A stretch of 64,000 nt of DNA, taken from NCBI GenBank assembly GCA_017467445.1, contig JAFTSG010000005.1:12112-76111 (forward strand), written 5' to 3'. Each line of letters starts with the position of its first letter. Position 1 is the stretch's first letter. Source of the stretch: Clostridia bacterium (GTDB taxonomy: Bacteria > Bacillota > Clostridia > RUG12999). Made by a program: the position numbers and the translations under genes. A model generated the notes under the pieces. That model did not search any database and was not told the DNA's origin. It was given only the letters and a program-made list of their open reading frames with translations. Positions 9,124 to 18,728 of this stretch are shown piece by piece.

Positions 9124-10146
9124 TTGATAAACGTAAAGGATTTTACATACGATGAGCTCTCGGCTCTTCTTATGGAAAACGGCGAAAAATCTTTCCGTGC
9201 AGGACAAGTGTTCAAATGGCTGCACAGCGGCGTTACATGCTTTGATGAAATGACAAACGTGCCGAAGTCTCTCTGGAAAAAATTGCCGGATTTGTATATA
9301 AGCGTGCCTAAAATTGAACAAAAACTTGTTTCTTCAGACGGAACAGTTAAATATTTGTGGCGTCTTTCTGACGGTGAATGCATTGAAAGCGTTGTTATGA
9401 ACTACGAACACGGATATTCCATTTGTATTTCCACACAAGCAGGCTGTTCAATGGGGTGCAAATTCTGCGCATCCACAATAGGCGGTAAAATCCGCGACCT
9501 TACCCCCGGCGAGATAGAAGACCAGATTATTTTTGCCGGAAAGGATATGGGGGTTCGTATTTCCAACGTTGTTCTTATGGGAATAGGCGAGCCGCTTGAC
9601 AACTACGATAATGTTATCAAGTTCATTAAAAATGCAGGACACGAAAAAGGTCTTAATATAGGAATGAGGCATATTACTCTTTCCACCTGCGGACTTGTTG
9701 ATAAGATGTATGCCCTTGCAGATGAGGGACTTCCCATAACACTTTCCGTATCGCTTCACGCGCCGGAAGATGAAATAAGGCGCAGTATAATGCCTGTTGC
9801 AAATAAATATACTATAGAAGAAATTATAAAAGCATGTAAGTATTACGTTCGGCAGACAGGCAGACGTGTAAGTTTTGAATATACACTTATTAAAGATGTT
9901 AACGATTCAAAAGAAAATGCAAAAACCCTTGCCTCTCTTGTTAAAGGAATGCAAAGTCATATAAACCTTATTCCCGTTAACGAGGCAAGAAAAAATATAT
10001 CCCGAAGCACCGGCGTAACAATAGGCGTTTTTAAAGATATTCTTCTTCAAAACGGCGTTAATGTTACAATCCGCCGCACACTTGGTGGCGATATAAACGC
10101 ATCGTGCGGGCAGCTTCGGAATAAATCAGACAGGAGTGGTTCTTAA
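9124..10146 (+). CDS. rlmN: 23S rRNA m2A2503 radical SAM methyltransferase
   Basis: CISTQAGCSMGCKFC, MGIGEP, SLHA, ASCGQL. Confidence 0.96.
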   Translation: MINVKDFTYDELSALLMENGEKSFRAGQVFKWLHSGVTCFDEMTNVPKSLWKKLPDLYISVPKIEQKLVSSDGTVKYLWRLSDGECIESVVMNYEHGYSICISTQAGCSMGCKFCASTIGGKIRDLTPGEIEDQIIFAGKDMGVRISNVVLMGIGEPLDNYDNVIKFIKNAGHEKGLNIGMRHITLSTCGLVDKMYALADEGLPITLSVSLHAPEDEIRRSIMPVANKYTIEEIIKACKYYVRQTGRRVSFEYTLIKDVNDSKENAKTLASLVKGMQSHINLIPVNEARKNISRSTGVTIGVFKDILLQNGVNVTIRRTLGGDINASCGQLRNKSDRSGS

Positions 10147-10839
10147 ATGGAGGCTTTTGGCTACAGTATGACGGGAACAAAGCATTCCGTCAACCAGGAC
10201 AGTTTTTATATTGATGAAAGCCGCGGCATATTTATTGTTGCGGACGGTATGGGCGGGCACGCCGCAGGAGATGTTGCCAGTAGCAGCGCAATAAACTCAA
10301 TTTCCGAAAATGTTGGTGAAATAAGTGTTTCGTCCATAAAAAACGCACTTGACATTGCAAATAAAGAGGTTTTTGAAAAATCCAAAACTTCTCCCGACCT
10401 TGAAGGAATGGGCACTACCATTGCAATGTGTTGTCTTAACGGCAGCTATGCAACTATTGCAAACATCGGCGACAGCCGTGTTCATATAATTAAGAATAAC
10501 GAAATTTCATTTGTCACGCGCGACCATTCTTTTGTTCAACAAATGATTGACGACGGACAGCTTAAAGAAAGCGAAGCAAAAACCCACGCAATGAAAAATA
10601 TCATCACAAGAGCACTTGGAGTTGCCGAAACGGTTATCCCCGATTTTGACGGTGTTACCGTAAATGACGGTGATGCCATTATGCTTTGCTCGGATGGGGT
10701 TTCCAATATGCTTGACGATGAAGTAATCGTACATACGGTTCTTCGTAGTAACGCAGAAAATGCAGCAAAAACGCTTTGCAAACTGGCTCTTGAAGCAGGC
10801 GGAAAAGATGACCTTACTGCAATTGTCATCAAACTTTAA
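10147..10839 (+). CDS. stp: PP2C-family Ser/Thr phosphatase (Stp1/PrpC)
   Basis: NQD, VADGMGGH, NIGDSR, LCSDG; upstream of the kinase. Confidence 0.93.
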   Translation: MEAFGYSMTGTKHSVNQDSFYIDESRGIFIVADGMGGHAAGDVASSSAINSISENVGEISVSSIKNALDIANKEVFEKSKTSPDLEGMGTTIAMCCLNGSYATIANIGDSRVHIIKNNEISFVTRDHSFVQQMIDDGQLKESEAKTHAMKNIITRALGVAETVIPDFDGVTVNDGDAIMLCSDGVSNMLDDEVIVHTVLRSNAENAAKTLCKLALEAGGKDDLTAIVIKL

Positions 10840-10853
10840 TGGGGGTGCACGTT

Positions 10854-12557
10854 ATGATAGGTGAAATATTAGATAACAGATATGAAATATTAGAGATTGT
10901 CGGAAGCGGCGGTATGGCTGTTGTTTATAAGGCAAAATGCCGTCTTCTAAACCGTTTTGTTGCAATAAAAATGCTCCGTAGCGAGCTGAAAGACGATACG
11001 GAATTTGTTGAAAGATTCCGTGTGGAAGCACAGTCTGCCGCAAGTCTTAATCATTCCAATATTGTATCGGTTTACGATGTTGGTCAGCACGACGGACGAG
11101 ATTATTTTGTTATGGAATTTGTTGACGGAATAACTCTTAAAGAGCTTATCAAAAACCGCCAGATTTCATGGCAGGAAGCGTGTAAATATGCCATTCAGAT
11201 ATGTGACGCCATTGACCACGCCCACAAAAAGAATATTGTTCACAGGGATATCAAACCGCACAACATTATAATAACAAACGATAATGTTGCAAAGGTAACC
11301 GATTTTGGTATTGCACGTGCGGTTACATCATCAACCATTGTCCGTGCCGGTAATATAATCGGTTCTGTTCACTATTTCTCGCCCGAACAGGCATGTGGCG
11401 GTGTTGTTGATTTTAAATCCGATATTTATTCAATTGGCGTTGTTCTTTATGAAATGCTTGCCGGAAGAATTCCGTTTGATGCAGAAAGTCCCGTTGCAAT
11501 TGCAAAAATGCACGTTGACAATATGCCGGAGCGTCCGTCGGATTTTAATGCCGATGTACCGTCATCCGTAAGTGATATTGTTCTTAAAGCAATGTCCAAA
11601 CAGCCGGTTATGAGATATCAGTCGGCAAGCGATTTTGCAAAGGATTTGCACGCTGTTCTTGAAAGTCCCGAAGCTGTTTCAATTCAGGATGACGACGCAA
11701 CGCAGTTTGTTCCCATCGTAACGCCGAAAGACCCGCATATGTATGACAATACACAGCCTACTCCGGTAGTTACACCCGAACCCACCCCAACGCCACGCAA
11801 AAAATCAAACGGTGCTCTCATCGCGTGGATTGTTGCCGGATTTGTTATAATTGCGGCAATAGTTGCGGTTGTAACATCTCTTATGCCGACATCGGCTACT
11901 ATTGATGTACCAAACCTTGTTGGCCAGAAATATGCCGATGTTGTAAATCAATATAAAGATGCTTCGTTTACTATTGTTATTTCACAAACAAAAACAAGTA
12001 ACGAAGGCGAAGATATTATTCTTGAACAAAATCCGTCTTCCGGACAAATCAGAGAAGGACAGCAAATTTCTGTAGTAGTAAGCAGCGGAAGTGATATGGT
12101 AACACTTTCTGATTATACCGGTAAAGACATTAACGAAGTAATGAAAATGCTTGATGCACTTGGTATTGCATACGAAACAGAATATAAACCTGTTAATAAC
12201 TATGCAAAAAATGAGGTGTTCCAGCACTCTCCCGGAAACGGAAGTAAAATTTCCCGTAATAAAAGCGTTACTCTTTATGTAAGCTCAGGCATACCCGTCC
12301 CGGATTTGTCGGGTCTCTCAAAAGACAGAGCAATTACGCTACTACGTGATGCAGGGCTTACCGAAGGAGAAATAAATGAAACTGTTTCATCTGCCGAGGA
12401 AGGAACTGTTTTTTGGCAGTCAACTCCAAAAGAAACCCCTGTTGATAAAGGAACTGCTATTTCCTTTACTATAAGCAAAGTAACATCACCCTCCACACCT
12501 ACTCCGCCTGCGTCATCAAGACCTGCTCTTACTCCGGCGCCGCCTTCAAATCAGTAA
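10854..12557 (+). CDS. prkC: PASTA-domain Ser/Thr kinase (PrkC/PknB/Stk1)
   Basis: GSGGMA, HRDIKPHN, DFGIA, a TM helix and three PASTA repeats. Confidence 0.95.
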   Translation: MIGEILDNRYEILEIVGSGGMAVVYKAKCRLLNRFVAIKMLRSELKDDTEFVERFRVEAQSAASLNHSNIVSVYDVGQHDGRDYFVMEFVDGITLKELIKNRQISWQEACKYAIQICDAIDHAHKKNIVHRDIKPHNIIITNDNVAKVTDFGIARAVTSSTIVRAGNIIGSVHYFSPEQACGGVVDFKSDIYSIGVVLYEMLAGRIPFDAESPVAIAKMHVDNMPERPSDFNADVPSSVSDIVLKAMSKQPVMRYQSASDFAKDLHAVLESPEAVSIQDDDATQFVPIVTPKDPHMYDNTQPTPVVTPEPTPTPRKKSNGALIAWIVAGFVIIAAIVAVVTSLMPTSATIDVPNLVGQKYADVVNQYKDASFTIVISQTKTSNEGEDIILEQNPSSGQIREGQQISVVVSSGSDMVTLSDYTGKDINEVMKMLDALGIAYETEYKPVNNYAKNEVFQHSPGNGSKISRNKSVTLYVSSGIPVPDLSGLSKDRAITLLRDAGLTEGEINETVSSAEEGTVFWQSTPKETPVDKGTAISFTISKVTSPSTPTPPASSRPALTPAPPSNQ

Positions 12558-12558
12558 T

Positions 12559-13431
12559 ATGGAAGGGATAATTATAAAAGGAATCGGCGGGTTTTATTAC
12601 ATTGAAACCGCCGACGGAATATATGAATGTAAAGCAAGGGGTATTTTCCGCAAGGAAAAAATCACCCCCCTAGCAGGAGACAGATGCCGTATTCAAACAA
12701 TGTCGGATTTTAAAGGCAATATTGAAGAAATTCTGCCAAGGAAAAATTCGTTTGTTCGCCCGCCTGTTGCAAATATTGATACAATGATTATTGTGTTTGC
12801 TGCAGCAAGCCCCGCACCTGTACCGGAGCTTGTTGACAAGCTTTCGGTTATTGCAATGTCTGCCGGAGCTTCTCCTGCAATTGTTATAAATAAAACTGAC
12901 CTTGACAAAGCACTTGCAGATGATCTTTTAAAATCATATGAGCCGACAGGCTTTGAGATTTTTACCGTTTCGGCAAAAACCGGCGAAGGAATTGACGCAT
13001 TGCGGGAATATCTGAAAGGTAAAATTTCTGTATTTGCAGGTTGTTCCGGGGTTGGAAAATCGAGTGTCCTGAACTGTGTTCTGCCTAATGCAGATCTTAA
13101 AACCGGACGTGTAAGTGAAAAAATCGGGCGTGGCCGTCATACCACAAGGGATGTTACGCTTATACCCACGGGGGTTGGCGGATATATTGCGGATACGCCT
13201 GGTTTTTCAAGTCTTGAAATCGAAAACATTGCTGCCGATGAGCTTGCCGGTTATTTCCCCGAGTTCGAGCCGTATAAATATGACTGCCGATTCCGCGGTT
13301 GCAGCCATATAAATGAGCCGGACTGCTGTGTCAAAAACGCGGTTGCGGCAGGGAAAATCGGCTTATCAAGGTATGAAAGCTATAAACAATTATATTTAGT
13401 ATTAAAGGAGATAAAACAATGGAAAAAGTAG
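12559..13431 (+). CDS. rsgA: Ribosome small subunit-dependent GTPase A
   Basis: NKTDL, GCSGVGKSS, GRHTT, DTPG, CRFRGCSHINEPDC zinc site. Confidence 0.96.
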   Translation: MEGIIIKGIGGFYYIETADGIYECKARGIFRKEKITPLAGDRCRIQTMSDFKGNIEEILPRKNSFVRPPVANIDTMIIVFAAASPAPVPELVDKLSVIAMSAGASPAIVINKTDLDKALADDLLKSYEPTGFEIFTVSAKTGEGIDALREYLKGKISVFAGCSGVGKSSVLNCVLPNADLKTGRVSEKIGRGRHTTRDVTLIPTGVGGYIADTPGFSSLEIENIAADELAGYFPEFEPYKYDCRFRGCSHINEPDCCVKNAVAAGKIGLSRYESYKQLYLVLKEIKQWKK

Positions 13432-14063
13432 TAAAAATTTCACCGTCGCTTCTTGCGGCAGACCCTAACTGCCTTGGCAGTGAACTTAAAAAAGTTGAAG
13501 ATGCAGGCGCACAGATGATTCATCTTGATATTATGGACGGACATTTTGTTCCGAACCTTTCTTTCGGTCCGGATCTTATAAAAGGCCTTCGCAAAAATTC
13601 AGGTCTTATATTTGACGTACATCTTATGCTCTCCGACCCGATTGATTATATAGATGCTTTTGCAAACGCAGGTGCGGATATTATAACCTTCCACGTTGAA
13701 GCAAACAGCGATATAAAAGAATGTATTGACAAAATTCATTCTCACGGTATAAAAGCCGGTCTTGTTATAAAACCCGATACAGAAGCAACCGAATATCTAA
13801 AATACATAAATGATATTGAAATGATTCTTATTATGAGCGTTTATCCGGGATTCGGCGGACAGAAATTTATCCCCCGCGTGCTTCCAAAAGCTAGCGAAAT
13901 CCGCGCTGCCGCAGGTCCTGATTTCGATATTGAAATCGATGGCGGTATAACCCTTGAAAACTACAAACTTGCACTTGATGCAGGTGTTAACGTACTTGTT
14001 GCAGGCAGCAGCATTTATAATGCCGAAGACCCTGCAGCAGTAATAAAAGAAATGATGGCTTAA
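13419..14063 (+). CDS. rpe: Ribulose-phosphate 3-epimerase
   Basis: SPSLL, HLDIMDGHFVPNLSFG, PGFGGQKF, IDGG. Confidence 0.96.
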   Translation: MEKVVKISPSLLAADPNCLGSELKKVEDAGAQMIHLDIMDGHFVPNLSFGPDLIKGLRKNSGLIFDVHLMLSDPIDYIDAFANAGADIITFHVEANSDIKECIDKIHSHGIKAGLVIKPDTEATEYLKYINDIEMILIMSVYPGFGGQKFIPRVLPKASEIRAAAGPDFDIEIDGGITLENYKLALDAGVNVLVAGSSIYNAEDPAAVIKEMMA

Positions 14064-14138
14064 GCCGAGTGGAGTCTAACACCACAAGGTTTAAAACCAT
14101 AAATTTTGCGTAATACTGCAGAAATTTCTGCAAATATA
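14061..14138 (+). repeat. Truncated copy (left part) of a MITE-like element also found in hydE
   Basis: 14079-14138 matches 21467-21526 at 59/60 nt; both copies begin TAAGCCGAG at the same offset. Confidence 0.85.
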
Positions 14139-14151
14139 TAAGGAGATAATT

Positions 14152-14787
14152 ATGCGGGCAATTATTATTGGCGGCGGAAGCGTGAGCAAAAACTTAAAAG
14201 AATATATATTGCCCGGCGATTTTATTGTATGTGCAGACAGCGGGTACGACCGGGCAAAGCGGCTCGGTATCGTGCCCGACCTTGTTATCGGGGATATGGA
14301 TTCCATTGTATCAAGCGTGGAATCCGGTCCCGAAATCATAACGGCACCCGTACAAAAAGACGAAACAGACTCTATGCTTTGCGTTGATACGCTTGCAGAG
14401 CGCGGCTACGATGAAATTCTTCTTTTCGGTGCACTTGGTGGCAGACCTGACCATAGCTTTGCCAATATAACACTTCTTCTTTATGCCGCAAAAAAGGGAA
14501 TTCATCTTGAAATAGTGCACGAAATGTCACATATGTTTATTATTGACTCCCGTACCGAAATTTCCGGCAAAAAGGGTGATACTTTTTCTCTTTTTGCACT
14601 TGGAGGAGATGCATGCGGCATTACTACAAAAGGGCTTTTGTATCCTCTTTCGGACGAAACTCTTTATGCAGATAATCCACGTGGAGTTAGTAATGAACTT
14701 CTTGAAAATAATATAGCAGTTTCCGTAAAAAACGGATATCTTCTGGCAATACACATTAAAGGCGGTGAAAAAAATGAACAGCACTAA
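14152..14787 (+). CDS. thiN: Thiamine pyrophosphokinase
   Basis: CADSG, GDMDS, KDETD, GGRPDH, GVSNE. Confidence 0.93.
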   Translation: MRAIIIGGGSVSKNLKEYILPGDFIVCADSGYDRAKRLGIVPDLVIGDMDSIVSSVESGPEIITAPVQKDETDSMLCVDTLAERGYDEILLFGALGGRPDHSFANITLLLYAAKKGIHLEIVHEMSHMFIIDSRTEISGKKGDTFSLFALGGDACGITTKGLLYPLSDETLYADNPRGVSNELLENNIAVSVKNGYLLAIHIKGGEKNEQH

Positions 14788-15922
14788 ACCTAAAAATGCT
14801 GTAGCTCTCCATTCTAAAAAGAAGAACAAACCAAAAAACAAATCTCTTGTTACGGTTATTTGCTGTATTGTTCTTCTTGTAACCGCATTTGTTATTTTCT
14901 GGGACACAATTTCAATTATATTCCCCGATTTTGACAACAGTGTGTATAAATTCACCTATCCCTCATCGCAGTCAAGAAAATTTGTTCCGTTTAAAAACAA
15001 TATGATATTTTGTTGCAGTGACGGAATATACTGTATAGATAAAAAAGGTAACGAAAAATGGATGGTGCCAATTGTTTTTGACCAGCCAATTGTTGCCGCT
15101 TCTGATTACGGCATTGTTGCCGCTTCCAAAAACAGTACCACAATTTATACAATTGACGAATCCGGAAAAACCAAAGAATTTTCTTCCGATTTTCCGGTTT
15201 TAAACCTTAAAATAGCAGAAAAAGGCAATATACTTGCCATTATTGATAAACCTAATTATTCCGGTGCCGTTGAAGCATATGACAATAAGGGTATGCCTCT
15301 TTTCGTATGGTCTGCAGGGTCTGTAAACTTTGTTGATGCCGCACTTTCTGCAGACGGACGCAAACTTGCCGTTTCGGGAATAAATACCTCCGGCACGGAA
15401 ATTGATTGCAAAATCCAGCTTTTTGATATATACAAAAGCGAAACCCCTTATGCAGAAACCACGCTTGGAAACAATCTCGTTTCACAGGTTAAATGGGTTG
15501 ATAACAGCCGCATCCTTTGTGTTGGCGATAAATCTTTTGTTTCACTGGATGCAAAAGCAAAACAGAAATGGGCTTATGATTATAATGATCTTACACTCAA
15601 TTTTGTCAGCATTGGCGATAAAAACAATATTGTCCTTGCGCTCGGCAGTGACGCTCTTGACCTTAACATGAGCATCCGCAGTATCAATCTTGCAGGAAAA
15701 CTCAATTCCAAAATTGATTATGACGGAGCAATTTACAGTATTTCTGCAAATAGCAAACGACTTCTTGTTTGCTCATCAAACGGTGTAAGTGCCTATGATA
15801 AAAAAGGACGCCTTCGCGAGCAGGCGAAAACAAACAAAGAAATATATAAAGGATATCTTTTGCCCGGAAACACAGCCTTTCTTGACGAGGGAGGATATGC
15901 AGAGCTTTCCGGCATAAGATAA
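14774..15922 (+). CDS. Membrane-anchored beta-propeller protein (DUF5711-like)
   Basis: Basic N-terminus plus one TM, followed by repeated beta-strand blades; typical upstream neighbour of cvpA in Clostridia. Confidence 0.6.
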   Translation: MNSTKPKNAVALHSKKKNKPKNKSLVTVICCIVLLVTAFVIFWDTISIIFPDFDNSVYKFTYPSSQSRKFVPFKNNMIFCCSDGIYCIDKKGNEKWMVPIVFDQPIVAASDYGIVAASKNSTTIYTIDESGKTKEFSSDFPVLNLKIAEKGNILAIIDKPNYSGAVEAYDNKGMPLFVWSAGSVNFVDAALSADGRKLAVSGINTSGTEIDCKIQLFDIYKSETPYAETTLGNNLVSQVKWVDNSRILCVGDKSFVSLDAKAKQKWAYDYNDLTLNFVSIGDKNNIVLALGSDALDLNMSIRSINLAGKLNSKIDYDGAIYSISANSKRLLVCSSNGVSAYDKKGRLREQAKTNKEIYKGYLLPGNTAFLDEGGYAELSGIR

Positions 15923-15937
15923 GCATCAGGTGATTTT

Positions 15938-16567
15938 ATGGTTCTTGATTTAATTTTTGTGCTTATTCTTGCAATTTGTGTAATAATCGGAATCAAGCAG
16001 GGGTTCGTTCGCTCTCTGCTCGGTATTGCATCTCTTTTTGTAAGTATAATTGTCGCTGTATATCTGTACAAACCTTTTATTGATTTGCTTTACGGAATTC
16101 CTGCGGTTTCAGGAGTTATTGATTCCATTGTTGCAAGTATTAAAAACGCTATTCTTGCAACGCTCGGTTCCGGCGGACCAGAAAATTTGCCGCCTTTTCT
16201 CGGCATGTTTATAGGCGATACAGTTGCCGCAGGCAACGAAATGATTGCAGAGACTCTTGCAGAAGCAGCGTTTTCGTGTATACTGGTTATTATTTTTATA
16301 ATTCTGGTGCGCATTGCAATTGCTGTTCTTATAAAAGCCCTTAATTTGTTTACCAAGCTTCCGGTTATAAAACAGTTCAACGGACTTCTTGGCGGAATTA
16401 TGGGGCTTATAACGGGTATTATAATATGCTATATTGCCGCTACCGTACTTTTTGTATGGTCAAACGCTGAAAACGGTGCCTGGATTAATGAGGCACTTGC
16501 AAGTTCAGGTATAGCAAAACACTTTTTTGAAACAAACACACTGATTTCATCAGTTTTCAAACACTAA
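15938..16567 (+). CDS. cvpA: CvpA-family (colicin V production) membrane protein
   Basis: DLI..IIGIKQGFVRSL..KLPVIKQFNGLLGG pattern. Confidence 0.8.
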   Translation: MVLDLIFVLILAICVIIGIKQGFVRSLLGIASLFVSIIVAVYLYKPFIDLLYGIPAVSGVIDSIVASIKNAILATLGSGGPENLPPFLGMFIGDTVAAGNEMIAETLAEAAFSCILVIIFIILVRIAIAVLIKALNLFTKLPVIKQFNGLLGGIMGLITGIIICYIAATVLFVWSNAENGAWINEALASSGIAKHFFETNTLISSVFKH

Positions 16568-16582
16568 GGAGGAAAAATTATT

Positions 16583-17515
16583 ATGGCAAGCTTTTTGGAA
16601 CGCCAAACCGGTGGCGGCGTTGGCAAAAACGACCCTGAACTTAAAGGTCTTGATAAATTTTTTGAACTTTTAAAACGCAAATTTGGTTCTTATATCAAAC
16701 TGAATTTGCTTTATTTACTACTCTCAATACCGACAATTATTTATTATACATTCATTCTGCTGTATCTTTTCCATGATGCACTTAATGACACAAATGCCAT
16801 TGCGCTTTTATTCATGGCAATCGCGGGTGCAATAGGTCTTGTAACTCTGTTTTCAGGCACACCGTGCAGTTCGGGATACCACTACGTTCTTCGTAACTAC
16901 GTTCGCGAAGAGCATGCCTGGGTGGCAAGCGACCTTTTTGAACATACAAGACGAAACTTATTCAGTTCACTCGGTTCATACCTAATTAACATTATTTTTG
17001 TAACTGTTGCTCTTGTAAATACTGCTATTTTTCCCGATTTTCTTAATGCAATGGGAATAAACCTGTTTACTGTTATTTTGCTTGCAGTGTTTGCATTTTT
17101 CGTTGTTTTTTATGCTATGATGCAACCATACATATGGACTCTTACAGTAACCTTTGACCTTAACTTCATAAATGTTTACCGCAATTCATTTATACTTTCG
17201 TTATTAAAGCTTCCCCGAAATTTAGGAAGCCTTATTCTTCGTGTAGGAATTTTTGTGCTTGCATATTTCCTGCACCCGCTTCTTGGTATTGTCCTTTCAT
17301 TAATTGCACTTACCTCAATTATCGGACTTGTTTCACAGCTTATGGCATATCCTGTTGTTGAGAAATTTATGATGCATAAATCCGAAGAAGAAGAGGAAGA
17401 ATGTGAGGATGAGGACGAAGACGAATACGACCTCGGATACGAACCTAACGGCCCTAACGATATTGCAGGATTATTCAAAAATAAAAATAAGGACGATGAC
17501 AATGAACCCGTATAA
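16583..17515 (+). CDS. DUF624/YesL-like membrane protein with an acidic tail
   Basis: KLNLLYLLLSIP, YHYVLRNYVREEHAW; about 5-6 TM helices. Confidence 0.6.
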   Translation: MASFLERQTGGGVGKNDPELKGLDKFFELLKRKFGSYIKLNLLYLLLSIPTIIYYTFILLYLFHDALNDTNAIALLFMAIAGAIGLVTLFSGTPCSSGYHYVLRNYVREEHAWVASDLFEHTRRNLFSSLGSYLINIIFVTVALVNTAIFPDFLNAMGINLFTVILLAVFAFFVVFYAMMQPYIWTLTVTFDLNFINVYRNSFILSLLKLPRNLGSLILRVGIFVLAYFLHPLLGIVLSLIALTSIIGLVSQLMAYPVVEKFMMHKSEEEEEECEDEDEDEYDLGYEPNGPNDIAGLFKNKNKDDDNEPV

Positions 17516-18728
17516 ACTTAAAAATAACATTAATTTATATCACATTAAATCAGATAACTTCAAAACCGTTACGGTAAGCTTAAACATCTACCGCCCGATT
17601 GACGATAATGCATCTGCCCTCTCCCTTCTTGGCGGAGTGCTTGAAAGCGGATCGAGTAAATATCCGTCAAAAGCGCATCTTGCAAAACAACTTGAATGGC
17701 TTTACGGCGCAAGCCTGCAGACCGCCATTATGAAAAAGGAAGAAACACAGATTCTTTCGGTTATCGCAAGCGCACCGGCAGAAAAATTTACAGGCGAGGA
17801 TACCCTTAAAAAGCTTTCCGAGCTTATTTATGAGATAGTTTACAATCCGCTTCTTGAAAACGGTGCCTTTAAACCCTCTATTGTAAATCTTGAAAAAGAA
17901 AATATTAAAAATCTTATAAATTCCGTTGTTAACGAAAAAAGAGATTATGCCGATAAACGTGCACTTGAAGAAATGTGCGGGGGACAGCCGTTTGCAATTT
18001 ATAAATACGGCACTACCGACGGCATTGATGCGCTTGACGCGGCATCACTTACAGAGTATTACAACAAAATACTGAAAGAAAGCAAAATTGACATATTTGT
18101 TTCCGCAGGGGAAGATATTTCTTCCGTTAAAGATGTTTTTGACAAGTGCATATCAAACGGCGAAATTAAAAAAGCCGAAAAATCTCCCGCAAAATCTGAA
18201 ATGAAAGTAGTACACGAAAATATGAACGTTGCACAGGGCAAGCTTGTAATCGGATTTACAATAGAATCCGACGATTATTTCGGTAATATACTGTTTAACT
18301 CCGTTTACGGAAGCGGAACACATTCCAAGCTTTTTAATAACGTTCGTGAAAAATTAAGCCTTGCATACTATGCATATTCCCGTCTTACAATGCAAAAAGG
18401 TGTTATTTTTGCATCCGCAGGAATTGAGTTTGATAAATATGATATGGCAAAAGACGAAATTTTTGCTCAGCTTGAAGCAGTGAAAAACGGCGAGGTTACG
18501 GACAGCGAACTTGACAATGCTAAAAAAAGTATCATCAATATCATCAAATCTTTAAACGATAACCCTGTTTCTCTTATGGACTATTATACAGGTCTTATCG
18601 TAGCTGGACGTGAGGTTGATGAAACTAAGATAATTGACGGAATAAATGCCGTAACAAAGGAGGCTGTAATTGCCGCGGCAAAAACCGTCAAACCCGACAC
18701 ACTTTATTTCTTGAAAGGACTGGAATAA
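17502..18728 (+). CDS. M16 peptidase, non-catalytic subunit (YmfF-like)
   Basis: FKT, SKLFNNVREKLSLAYY; no HxxEH motif; paired with the following gene. Confidence 0.88.
   Translation: MNPYKLKNNINLYHIKSDNFKTVTVSLNIYRPIDDNASALSLLGGVLESGSSKYPSKAHLAKQLEWLYGASLQTAIMKKEETQILSVIASAPAEKFTGEDTLKKLSELIYEIVYNPLLENGAFKPSIVNLEKENIKNLINSVVNEKRDYADKRALEEMCGGQPFAIYKYGTTDGIDALDAASLTEYYNKILKESKIDIFVSAGEDISSVKDVFDKCISNGEIKKAEKSPAKSEMKVVHENMNVAQGKLVIGFTIESDDYFGNILFNSVYGSGTHSKLFNNVREKLSLAYYAYSRLTMQKGVIFASAGIEFDKYDMAKDEIFAQLEAVKNGEVTDSELDNAKKSIINIIKSLNDNPVSLMDYYTGLIVAGREVDETKIIDGINAVTKEAVIAAAKTVKPDTLYFLKGLE

Noticed and set aside
12480-12557. Pro/Ser/Thr-rich tail and juxtamembrane repeats of PrkC
   Set aside because: Low-complexity linkers are normal in PASTA kinases.
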